28,976 nucleotides of DNA, taken from positions 1-28,976 of IMG/VR virus record IMGVR_UViG_3300005512_000238, one strand, 5' to 3'. The notes below the pieces were generated by a model. It was not told where the DNA came from. It saw only the letters and a program-made list of their open reading frames with translations, and made no database searches. The stretch is from a virus. Its lineage: Duplodnaviria > Caudoviricetes. The translations under genes were made by a program, and so were the position numbers. This document shows, piece by piece, positions 1 to 7,694 of this stretch. Numbering within the stretch: position 1 is the first letter of the stretch; the number at the start of each line of letters is the position of its first letter.

Positions 1-14
1 TGCTCTTCCGATCT
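1..14 (+). other. Untrimmed Illumina adapter remnant (not biological)
   Basis: TGCTCTTCCGATCT matches the 3' end of the TruSeq read-primer/adapter. It also holds the only GATC I could find in the window. Confidence 0.92.
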
Positions 15-30
15 GTCGTGCGCGGAAACC
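15..30. repeat. Terminal direct repeat, left copy (GTCGTGCGCGGAAACC); candidate cos/cohesive end
   Basis: Identical to 28961-28976 and begins exactly where the adapter ends. Confidence 0.85.
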
Positions 31-102
31 TGCCTCTTATCTCCTTCCAAGAGATTACTTTACAGGGGGGTGGTTGTTTGGTTTTTATTGTATAGTTTGC
101 AA

Positions 103-366
103 TCAGAACGTGCCCAAATGTTTACGAAAACTCTTTCGGTGCTTGAACACTGAGCTGCGGCTAACTCCATAAATTTCAACGGCTTCGGTCGGCTTTAATC
201 GCTTCAGCTCGACGGCTATCGCGGCCAATCTGATTTGCGATTTTTGGCAGCTAGAGCCACCGGCTAGTATATAATTAATGATTTCCAACAGCGCCGCGCT
301 GCATTGGCTGGCGCAGTCTGGCGCTTGTGGCTCTTCGTGGTCGTCATATGTGTGAGGCTCCAGCAT
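103..366 (-). CDS. Small HTH DNA-binding protein, candidate late-gene regulator
   Basis: C-terminal PTEAVEIYGVSRSSVFKHRK has a helix-turn-helix pattern. It is the last gene before the terminus/terS. Confidence 0.55.
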   Translation of the reverse strand: MLEPHTYDDHEEPQAPDCASQCSAALLEIINYILAGGSSCQKSQIRLAAIAVELKRLKPTEAVEIYGVSRSSVFKHRKSFRKHLGTF

Positions 367-425
367 TCAATGGTTACAATTCTTTGGTGCAGTAATAATT
401 AAAAGTAGTTGGCTTTTGTTGCTTA

Positions 426-1154
426 TTACATAGCGCTTATCCTGTTGTTAGCTAATTGAAAATAATCTTCATTGATTTCAATTCCTATGAAATTTCTGTC
501 TGTGTTTTTGCAAGCGATGCCAGTTGTTCCCGAACCCATTGCAAAATCAAGAACAGTATCATTTGCATTAGTGTAAGTGTGTATAAGGTATTCCATCAAC
601 GACACCGGTTTTTGCGTTGGGTGAATTTTGCCTTTGTTGGGTTCCCATTTGCCTTTTATGATGCTTGTTGGATTTTTGTGGGTGTATATGTATTGTGTGC
701 CACTGTTGTACTTTACTTGGTTGCTCGATTCCTTTTTGCTGTAGTTTTTGGATTTTTTTGGCTTTTCCCTTTCTGTCATTTGTGGGAAATATTTAATCTT
801 GCCTTTGCCGAAAACCACAACGTCTTCATGCTGCATCATAGGTTTATACTTTGCGCATTGAAAACCGCGCGGGATGTGCTTGTCCCACACCCAGCAGTAT
901 TTGAACATGCTGTAATTACTGGCAATAAGTTTTGTTGTAAAAGGTTGGCTTGATGTCATAACTATTGCGGCGCTTTTTTTTGTTATTCTATTCAAGTGCT
1001 GCCACATAGGTTCAAAGGCGATGATTGCGTCCCATTTGCAAGCTGTAATGCCATACGGAACATCGCATAAAACCATATCAACGCTTGCGTCTGTTATGTA
1101 ATGCATCATCTCCAAGCAATCTCCATGCATTAGTTTAATTTGGTCTTTGCTCAT
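426..1154 (-). CDS. DNA N6-adenine/N4-cytosine methyltransferase (beta class, N6_N4_Mtase)
   Basis: GDCLE..SVDMVLCDVPYG (motif IV), HPTQKPV and VLDFAMGSGTTG (motif I). Start set at MSKDQ (1154) to avoid overlap with the upstream gene. Confidence 0.92.
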   Translation of the reverse strand: MSKDQIKLMHGDCLEMMHYITDASVDMVLCDVPYGITACKWDAIIAFEPMWQHLNRITKKSAAIVMTSSQPFTTKLIASNYSMFKYCWVWDKHIPRGFQCAKYKPMMQHEDVVVFGKGKIKYFPQMTEREKPKKSKNYSKKESSNQVKYNSGTQYIYTHKNPTSIIKGKWEPNKGKIHPTQKPVSLMEYLIHTYTNANDTVLDFAMGSGTTGIACKNTDRNFIGIEINEDYFQLANNRISAM

Positions 1155-1165
1155 GTTTTTTCTTT

Positions 1166-1603
1166 CTAACATGGGTGCTTGGTGGCTTGCTGTGCCCATT
1201 GTTTGCATAGTTTATGCATTCCGTCATTGTCGATTTGTTCGATATATTTTTCTGAAGGTTTGCCGTTTTTTTTGCTGATAATCCGCAAACATGTAACTTC
1301 CCCGCGCTTGTCATGGCCTGCGATGAAAACCGTAAATATGCCAGTCTTGACCAATGCCCGAAATTGCCGCATCTGGCCTTTTGGGATTTGGTTATATTTT
1401 ACGAGGCCGTCAGATTTGAATTCCAATCGCAAAAAGTGCCCGCCAATCTCTACCTCACCATCACAATCGCTCGGCAAAATGTTGCGAGGAAAGGCGCCTT
1501 TTAGCCAATGGAACATCTGCAAACCCCTGCTTTGCATCCATTTTACTGGGTCGCGTATTCCACTCTCATATGCCGAATCTAAAAATTCCTGTATTTCCTT
1601 CAT
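1166..1603 (-). CDS. Hypothetical protein, possible PD-(D/E)XK nuclease-like fold
   Basis: PSDCDG...FLRLEFK resembles a D...ExK motif. The start overlaps the upstream stop (ATGA coupling). Confidence 0.45.
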   Translation of the reverse strand: MKEIQEFLDSAYESGIRDPVKWMQSRGLQMFHWLKGAFPRNILPSDCDGEVEIGGHFLRLEFKSDGLVKYNQIPKGQMRQFRALVKTGIFTVFIAGHDKRGEVTCLRIISKKNGKPSEKYIEQIDNDGMHKLCKQWAQQATKHPC

Positions 1604-2112
1604 ATTATAGCTTTGGCAACTCGTTGCGCTGCTTCAATTAATTGGGTCATTGTTCCATTGTTGCAGATGGTTTGGTTTGCTACTATTTGCGGAACCATTG
1701 TCTCGCTTACGTGTTGGCTCGCTGGTGTTTCGATGTTGTTTTCGCGTTGTAGTTTTACCACATAACCTCCCATTTTTGTGATGAATTCTGCCTCAAATGG
1801 GAATCTTAAATCGTCAATAATGACGTGTTCTGTATTGCTGACTATGCGGCTTTTATGCTTAAACTCCACCATATTGAGCCAATAATTGCGCCCGTATAGT
1901 TGCTTCATAGTTTCGCCAATGGCTTGATAAAGTGGCCTTATTTTCTCTTTGTCTGCCGCATCGTTTCCGGTTCTTGGCGCCGTGATTCCATGCGCAAGCT
2001 CCTTAATTGGCGCTGCTAGGCTGTCAATGACACTGTTTTGTAGTGCCTTAGATAAGTGCCGCGCAAAAGTGCTTTTGCCAGCTCGCATTTGTCCAGTGAT
2101 TCCGATAATCAT
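1600..2112 (-). CDS. Deoxynucleoside monophosphate kinase (T4 gp1-like)
   Basis: MIIGITGQMRAGKST P-loop, LAAPIK, RPLYQAIGE, IIDDLRFPFE, H-x-SE and NNGT motifs. Confidence 0.85.
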   Translation of the reverse strand: MIIGITGQMRAGKSTFARHLSKALQNSVIDSLAAPIKELAHGITAPRTGNDAADKEKIRPLYQAIGETMKQLYGRNYWLNMVEFKHKSRIVSNTEHVIIDDLRFPFEAEFITKMGGYVVKLQRENNIETPASQHVSETMVPQIVANQTICNNGTMTQLIEAAQRVAKAII

Positions 2113-3380
2113 AGTATGTCTGTTTTTGGTTCGTTATATGTTGAGAATCTCCCGTTCCACTTTGTCCAATTAAGCCCCACTTTGCCTGTCCTGCCGTGCC
2201 TGTTTTTTCGGACAAGTAATTGGGTTAATTGCTCTTCGTTTGGGTCCATGTGAAGAAAGGAAACGGTGTCGCTGTCCTGCTCGATGCTTCCACTTTCGCG
2301 CAAGTCGGAAAGCCGCGGCTCCCCGCTTCGCTCCTCAATGCTTCGGTTCATCTGGCAAAGCACAAGGAAAGGCACTTTTGTTTCCAACGCTGCTTTTTTT
2401 AGCGCCTGCGATATTTCGCCCACTTCGCGCACCCTGTCCTTACCCCTATACGCTGGCGGGATTAGCCCTAAATAATCGACAACAAACAGCTCTGCGTTGC
2501 GCTCCCGCGCGTGGGTGCGTGCCTGGCTTCGCAGTTGGGTTATATTGGTGTCAACTTGGTCCTCTACTATAATTTTGCTTTGCGCGATGGCCTTTGTGCT
2601 TTCGATTATTTTTGCCGTGTTGCCTTGTCCCGTTTCCATGTAATGGCCCAAATCCTCGCCGCTATGGTTGGCCACCATTCGCGAAATGACTTGCTCGAAT
2701 GGCATTTCGTAAGACCAATAGACCACCTGCTTGCCCTGCATGGCGGCATTGAGCGCCAACTGGCAGGCAAGGGCCGTTTTGCCGCATCCTGGGCGCGCTG
2801 CCAGCGTGTTCATGCTGCCAGGTTTAAAACCTCGCAGAATGTCGTCCACTGCGTCCATGCCTGTTCGGATGCCGGTTGATGGCAAGCCGTTGGGATATGC
2901 TGTTTCGAGTAACTCGATAAAGTCACGCCAACGTTTTTTTTGGTCGCTGGCTTTGCCGCTATGCCCCGCTGTGATTTCAAAAAAGTCGCTTTCCAGCTTC
3001 GCCAATAGCGCCTTGGTGTCTGTTTCTGGGTCGCTCACAGCGTGCAGCGCGTCATAGTAGCGCTGGTAAATCATGCGCCGTGTGGCTGTGTCTTGTAGCT
3101 CTGGAAGCCAAAAGCCCAAGTTGCTTGCAGTTGGCGCTTTCTCGATTGCCTCATAAAGCCACAAGCCGAGTTTGGGCGCTTTAGCGCTAACGTTAACCTC
3201 GTTAATGTCTGCGCCAGCCTCCACCAAATCGGCCATAATGCGCCATGCCTCCAAAGCGTTGAGTCCATGAAAATGACGCTCAGAAATGCCCGCCGCAACT
3301 GCGTCCGAATAGGCTCCCAAAATACAGCAACCAATTAAGCCCTTTTCGGCTCTATCGCTAAAAGGAATCTCGGCAGGCAT
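2109..3380 (-). CDS. dnaB: Replicative DNA helicase, DnaB family
   Basis: AEKGLIG N-domain, AARPGCGKT Walker A, SYEM, VVDYLGLI Walker B, LCQMNR, DLRESGSIEQDSD and KNRHG. Likely start is MPAEIP. Confidence 0.96.
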   Translation of the reverse strand: MPAEIPFSDRAEKGLIGCCILGAYSDAVAAGISERHFHGLNALEAWRIMADLVEAGADINEVNVSAKAPKLGLWLYEAIEKAPTASNLGFWLPELQDTATRRMIYQRYYDALHAVSDPETDTKALLAKLESDFFEITAGHSGKASDQKKRWRDFIELLETAYPNGLPSTGIRTGMDAVDDILRGFKPGSMNTLAARPGCGKTALACQLALNAAMQGKQVVYWSYEMPFEQVISRMVANHSGEDLGHYMETGQGNTAKIIESTKAIAQSKIIVEDQVDTNITQLRSQARTHARERNAELFVVDYLGLIPPAYRGKDRVREVGEISQALKKAALETKVPFLVLCQMNRSIEERSGEPRLSDLRESGSIEQDSDTVSFLHMDPNEEQLTQLLVRKNRHGRTGKVGLNWTKWNGRFSTYNEPKTDIL

Positions 3381-3391
3381 TATTAAATTGT

Positions 3392-4057
3392 TCACGCCCA
3401 TTTTTCAGCCTTTCTATTCGCAGGACGGCGGCCTCTCAAATGCTCCATGCCGCCGAAAATTAGCGACAAAACATTGTCCTTGCCTTGAATGCCTTCAGAA
3501 TCGTTTGTAAGGGTGGTTTTTACTGCCTCCGCTGTGTTCATACTGCTTTCGGCCCCTGGTGCCTCCTTGGTGGCATTCTGTTCGTTTATGGCGGCACGTA
3601 CGGCCGCTGCGCTATGCCCCGAAACATCTTTACCTTGAAAAGAAGTATTTTCTGTTGCATTGGCGATGTTTTCAGCTTTGTCTTGCTTTGTTTGCATTGG
3701 CTGCTCACCTATAGCTGTACTATAGCTATTAAGTTGATTACTTTGTGGCGCCATTTGGCGCCAAGTCTGCTTCTTTGGCGCATCAAGGCGAATGCCTGGT
3801 TGCTCGGCTAATTTGTAGCATTTTGTGCCGCGTTTATTGGTGCCATTTGGCGCCAGCACTAGCCACTGATGTGCTACTAATTCGCGTAGAATTTTCCCCA
3901 CATCATGGCGTTCTATGTGTATGCATTTTCCAATTGTGGCTTGGGAGGCGTAGCACTGCCCGCGCCGTGCAACGTAACACAAAACAGCTATGTGTCGCGC
4001 GGTAAATCCCTGCTCAAATATCCAACCAGGAATAAATGGTGTTTTTATTTTCGCCAT
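3392..4057 (-). CDS. Putative replication initiator (N-terminal winged HTH, lambda-O-like position)
   Basis: VLCYVARRGQCYASQATIGKCIHIERHDVGKILRELVAHQWL is typical of phage replication-initiator wHTH domains. It lies directly upstream of dnaB and has a TAAGGAGG RBS. Confidence 0.7.
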   Translation of the reverse strand: MAKIKTPFIPGWIFEQGFTARHIAVLCYVARRGQCYASQATIGKCIHIERHDVGKILRELVAHQWLVLAPNGTNKRGTKCYKLAEQPGIRLDAPKKQTWRQMAPQSNQLNSYSTAIGEQPMQTKQDKAENIANATENTSFQGKDVSGHSAAAVRAAINEQNATKEAPGAESSMNTAEAVKTTLTNDSEGIQGKDNVLSLIFGGMEHLRGRRPANRKAEKWA

Positions 4058-4209
4058 GTGCCCTCCTTAATAGCAGCTTTTCGTATAACGCTGTATGCGT
4101 TCATGCATTGGCGGCAGTGGTATTGCCTGCCGTCTGGGGCGAGCTTGTTGCGTGCAAAGTCATTCACTAGCTTTGTCTTGTCACAGCCACCGCAGTATTT
4201 GGTTTTCAT
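4045..4209 (-). CDS. Small zinc-finger protein (54 aa, not in the ORF track)
   Basis: MKTKYCGGCDKTKLVNDFARNKLAPDGRQYHCRQCMNAY... has CxxC...CxxC. AAGGAG RBS, and the ATG is coupled to the upstream TGA. Confidence 0.75.
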   Translation of the reverse strand: MKTKYCGGCDKTKLVNDFARNKLAPDGRQYHCRQCMNAYSVIRKAAIKEGTWRK

Positions 4210-4562
4210 GGTTTTATCTCCTTTGTAAGTTTAGCGGCGTATGCTTGAAGTTTTATAAAGTCATGCACAATAGCCGAGCCGTCTTCTGGGAAATTGTGAG
4301 TATCAATTATTGTTTCGCCCCATGAAAGCACCTCGTCAACTAACCCAATCAACTCCAGCACCTCGGAGCGGCGCGGTATGGAGTTCCATTTTTGGCCGTG
4401 TGGGTCTTTGTCTGGCCCCCATAAACCGCAATCTGAACATAAGCAAAAAATACTATTGCCGTTGTCTATTCGGTCAGAATCGCAAAAAGGACACGGTTTC
4501 AGCTTGGAGCTGTAGAATTCTTTTGGCAGGTCGCACGATGGCGGTCGGTTTGGTGTGTTCAT
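4206..4562 (-). CDS. Lar-like (restriction alleviation family) zinc-ribbon protein
   Basis: LKPCPFCDS...CSDCG...KWN pattern. Start at MNTPNR (4562) overlaps the upstream TGA. Confidence 0.6.
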   Translation of the reverse strand: MNTPNRPPSCDLPKEFYSSKLKPCPFCDSDRIDNGNSIFCLCSDCGLWGPDKDPHGQKWNSIPRRSEVLELIGLVDEVLSWGETIIDTHNFPEDGSAIVHDFIKLQAYAAKLTKEIKP

Positions 4563-4885
4563 GGTTTTATCTTTTTCAGCTTTTCTTTTAATTCTGGACA
4601 ATTGCGCATTTTTAAGCCTTCCAACAAACTCCGCGCAAATCCTGCATCAATGCGTTTTTGCGACATTTCAAGCGCGTATTTTTCAAATGCTGCGGCGTCG
4701 TCCTCAATAAGAGGCGGTGCGAAGCAGTCGGGCAAATCATCGGGAGCGCCCGATTTGATAGATTTGACCAAAAACTTGCGCACCACCTCCTGCATGAGTG
4801 GCTGGAGCTTGTGCCAGTGTTGACGCTCAAAACGCTTCAATAGAGACTCAGCGTCATGGGTTTGTCGGGTGTGTAGTCCGGCCAA
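4559..4885 (-). CDS. Hypothetical protein (true start may be TTG at 4840)
   Basis: Fills the operon gap and its stop is coupled to the downstream ATG. No recognisable motif. Confidence 0.55.
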   Translation of the reverse strand: MAGLHTRQTHDAESLLKRFERQHWHKLQPLMQEVVRKFLVKSIKSGAPDDLPDCFAPPLIEDDAAAFEKYALEMSQKRIDAGFARSLLEGLKMRNCPELKEKLKKIKP

Positions 4886-5658
4886 GTGTCGGTGTCAATG
4901 CAGGTCAAAAGCCTGTCCATTGCTTCAGTTACTTCTTTGCCAGCAGCAAAAACCGTGTCCGCGTCAAACTCATAAGACGAAGACAAAAAGTCCCCGCCAG
5001 TTTCAACCACCAACCAAATCCAGCGCTTAATTGGCAACCCTTCATGCCGTGCTAAATGGCAGTAATTCCATTGTTGCCAGTGGTATTTTAGGTCGCGGCT
5101 TTGCCTTGCGAATTTGCGAGGATGGGCGCCACCTGGCGCAATGGTTTTGATGTCATAAACGGTTTCGGTGTTTGGGTCGTAACCGTCAATGCGGCATTTG
5201 CTGCTTATTGGCCATGCGCGGCGACTGAAAACGCTCACCTCGTTTTGCCAGTCCCCAATTTTGTCAGTTCCTGGTAGCCTAAAAAATGCCGCTGCCATCG
5301 TTTTCAATTTATTAAACTCTGGCTCGCGTATTGTGTTTTCATTGCCATAACTAGCCCACCATTCCCTGCCTGCCTTGGTGCGTTTGTCAGAAAACTCGTC
5401 TGGGCAAACAGTCACTGTTTTGGCGAAAACGTCAGGCTCTAATATGTAGGTGTGAAACAGCGTCCCCAGCTTCATTGAGTCGGTGCGCTCCATAGCCGTG
5501 GCACCTGTCGCACGCTGCCAAAATCGGCGCGGGTTTTCGATAAGTTTAAGCTCGCTAGTTGATAGCGCAGGCTGGGCGCGATAGTCGCGTTCGTCCATGT
5601 TTTGGTGGACGCCGACAAGGTCGCAGTTGAAACTAAAACGGGATTGAATCGGTTTCAT
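4837..5658 (-). CDS. RecE/exodeoxyribonuclease VIII-like PD-(D/E)XK exonuclease (DUF3799-like)
   Basis: Y+A..LS.S.LK, GTLFHTYILEP, DKRTKAG, NEVSVF, KCRIDG, DIKT and YHWQ motifs. Confidence 0.88.
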   Translation of the reverse strand: MKPIQSRFSFNCDLVGVHQNMDERDYRAQPALSTSELKLIENPRRFWQRATGATAMERTDSMKLGTLFHTYILEPDVFAKTVTVCPDEFSDKRTKAGREWWASYGNENTIREPEFNKLKTMAAAFFRLPGTDKIGDWQNEVSVFSRRAWPISSKCRIDGYDPNTETVYDIKTIAPGGAHPRKFARQSRDLKYHWQQWNYCHLARHEGLPIKRWIWLVVETGGDFLSSSYEFDADTVFAAGKEVTEAMDRLLTCIDTDTWPDYTPDKPMTLSLY

Positions 5659-6226
5659 CGTCTGCACCTTCTAAGTTGGCTTTTGCGGCTTTATATTCAA
5701 GAGACGTGGCTACGCGCTCGCGGTGCCAGTCCAGCAGCTTATCCCAATTTACGGATGGGTTGCATGGGTCGAAACTCCACGGCTCAGAATCTGTTTTTGG
5801 AACTGTAACGCCATCTGGCAAGCTCGAAACGCTGCCAACACTTGCGCCCGTTTCGCCGTTGGCGCGTTCGTAGTGCGTAATGGTAACAAGCGCTTCTTTG
5901 CCCAGCATTTGGAGCGGGTCAAAATTGGCAAGCTCCTGCTCTGTTGGCGCAAGCCATGCATCAACCACTTTGCGCAGTGTGCTTTTGCTGTTTAGGCTTG
6001 CAGCAAATTTCTTGGAAATGTGCATCGGCTTTGCCTCGCCTTCGATTTCGATGGTGCATTTCGGTAGCGCCCAAGTCACATTGAGCATGCGCCGCATTTT
6101 GGTCTCGCCTTTGTAGGTTTCCTCGCCGGTTCCCAAGTCCACAATGCTGACGCAACGGGCCACATGGGTGCCTTTTGGTGTGAGTTTACGTGATGAATTG
6201 GTTGGTTTGTCTGTTATGCTGTTCAT
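5633..6226 (-). CDS. Putative single-stranded DNA-binding/recombination protein
   Basis: P.GTHVARC..IVDLGT N-terminus and an acidic C-terminal tail ending DDETDSIPF like SSBs. Adjacent to the RecE-like nuclease. Confidence 0.65.
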   Translation of the reverse strand: MNSITDKPTNSSRKLTPKGTHVARCVSIVDLGTGEETYKGETKMRRMLNVTWALPKCTIEIEGEAKPMHISKKFAASLNSKSTLRKVVDAWLAPTEQELANFDPLQMLGKEALVTITHYERANGETGASVGSVSSLPDGVTVPKTDSEPWSFDPCNPSVNWDKLLDWHRERVATSLEYKAAKANLEGADDETDSIPF

Positions 6227-6597
6227 AGTTTATTTGTTGTTTTTTGTGTCATTTTTCTTATTCGCAGCGCTTCCAAGTCTGCGCACTGCAAAATTTCAAT
6301 AAGGTCATCAAGCGGCAAAATCGCATACCACGGCGCGTTATTTTTGCGCCAAGCAATCACGGGTATTTCTTCCTCTTTGGCGCCACCTTTGGCCTGCGCT
6401 ATCCAGTCGTGCAGGCTGACCTTTTCGGTGCGCTTTACTTCCCAATGAATGGGCAGCGCTTTGCATTCAACATCTGCGGCGTTGTGGTTTTGTTGGCTTT
6501 GCATAAATCCGGTTCGCCGCGCTTCCCACCCGCCTTGGTGCGTCAGGATTTGCGCAATTTCGCGCTCCCCGCACTTGCCTTTGTTTTTACTGTTCAC
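6223..6597 (-). CDS. Holliday junction resolvase (Hjc-like PD-(D/E)XK)
   Basis: NSKNKGKCGEREIA, ADV...HWEVKRTE and PVIAWRKN..W. Likely GTG start at 6597. Confidence 0.85.
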   Translation of the reverse strand: MNSKNKGKCGEREIAQILTHQGGWEARRTGFMQSQQNHNAADVECKALPIHWEVKRTEKVSLHDWIAQAKGGAKEEEIPVIAWRKNNAPWYAILPLDDLIEILQCADLEALRIRKMTQKTTNKL

Positions 6598-6769
6598 GTT
6601 TTTTACTGATTGCGTTTCTGGCAAATCTTCGGCGCGCTTCCTCGCCACTGTAATCTCCTCTGCTGGCTAAAAATGCATCACAAGCGCGGTTTATTTCAGC
6701 CATTGAAATATGTGTCCAGTCGTCATGAGTGTCTAAGTCCCAGTCTGGCTCTGGTTGGTTTACTTTCAT
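6587..6769 (-). CDS. Hypothetical protein (60 aa)
   Basis: ATG follows the 6778-6812 hairpin, and the end overlaps the resolvase start. Confidence 0.6.
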   Translation of the reverse strand: MKVNQPEPDWDLDTHDDWTHISMAEINRACDAFLASRGDYSGEEARRRFARNAISKKREQ

Positions 6770-6974
6770 TTTTAAGTGGGGCGGCGGTCTGTATCCAACG
6801 CGCCGCCGCCCCTGTCGTATTTCGCACTGCCCGCAGGGTCAACTATTAGACAATGCTGTTTATTGTTGTTTTGCTTTCGGTCCAGCACTCGCTGGGCGAA
6901 ATTGCGCCGCCGGTGGGATTTTATGATGCAGGAAACACGGTGGGATTATGAGGTGTTCGCAGATTTTTGGCGGC
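6770..6974 (-). ncRNA. Candidate structured RNA/regulatory leader
   Basis: Several hairpins (6778-6812, 6810-6838, 6875-6901, 6906-6974) and two copies of CGGTGGGATT(TT)ATGA in a non-coding gap. Confidence 0.4.
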
Positions 6975-7136
6975 TTAAATTTGCTTTAGTTTGTATTTTA
7001 TCCAATCGGTCAGCGTCATACCCATTGCTCTGGCCATGCTCCACCAGTGCTGTTTTTGGCTGGTTGTGCAGCGAATTTGCACATGGTTGTTTAATGGTGA
7101 AGCGCCTTTAAGCGCGTTTTTATTTCCAGTTTTCAT
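6975..7136 (-). CDS. Small ribbon-helix-helix (Arc/CopG-like) DNA-binding protein
   Basis: HVQIRCTTSQKQHWWSMARAMGMTLTDWI gives a beta strand plus two helices with a G-x-(S/T)-L-(S/T) turn. Likely start is MKTGNKNA. Confidence 0.65.
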   Translation of the reverse strand: MKTGNKNALKGASPLNNHVQIRCTTSQKQHWWSMARAMGMTLTDWIKYKLKQI

Positions 7137-7287
7137 CCAATGTAATGCGACCGTCCTCGATGTCTTCAATTAGTTCAAGTTTGGCCAATTTTAAGCAATT
7201 TTTACAAGGGTTGATGTATGTATCATCGAAGACGGTCATTCTTACAACCTCCAATTTATTTCCGCAAGCGTTGCAAATTATGTTCAT
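7120..7287 (-). CDS. Small zinc-ribbon protein (55 aa, not in the ORF track)
   Basis: MNIICNACGNKL...INPCKNCLK has two CxxC pairs. ATG overlaps the TGA of the hydrolase gene. Confidence 0.7.
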   Translation of the reverse strand: MNIICNACGNKLEVVRMTVFDDTYINPCKNCLKLAKLELIEDIEDGRITLDENWK

Positions 7288-7694
7288 TTCAGTTTGTAAA
7301 ATTTATGTTTTCCAACGATAGCAACAGGCTTTTTGCCGCGTGCCCAGTAGGGCGGTTGGATATAGTCGGCAAAATAGTGGTCTGCATTGCCAATTTTGGC
7401 TCTGTTCATTCGCGTAATGTTGCGCTCAAGGTAGAGCGCCCATGGTGCCATTTTGCTGTTATATAAATGGGCAAGGTCAGATTCCGTTTTGCCGTTCCAG
7501 CAACTAAACTGCCACTTTTGGAGGCAAACAGCTTCCGCGCTAATGTCGCGGTTAATGGCACGCTGGTTAATGACCGCTGCCACCGCTGCCATCCCATTTT
7601 TACCTTCGCCTCTGGCCTCGGCAAGCAGCGTGAGAGCTACAATGCCAGCGCGAAGGGGCGCGGTTGTTAGCAATAGAAAAAGTAAGTGCTTCAT
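7284..7694 (-). CDS. SleB/CwlJ-family cell wall hydrolase (Hydrolase_2) with predicted signal peptide
   Basis: LTLLAEARGE (catalytic Glu), AVAAVINQR, QFSCWN, ADHYFA, PPYWA and GKHKFY. N-terminal MKHLLFLLLTTAPLRA is signal-like. Confidence 0.88.
   Translation of the reverse strand: MKHLLFLLLTTAPLRAGIVALTLLAEARGEGKNGMAAVAAVINQRAINRDISAEAVCLQKWQFSCWNGKTESDLAHLYNSKMAPWALYLERNITRMNRAKIGNADHYFADYIQPPYWARGKKPVAIVGKHKFYKLK

Noticed and set aside
6770-6974. tRNA, hammerhead ribozyme or known riboswitch
   Set aside because: No cloverleaf or TTC loop, no CUGANGA core, and no aptamer consensus that I recognise.
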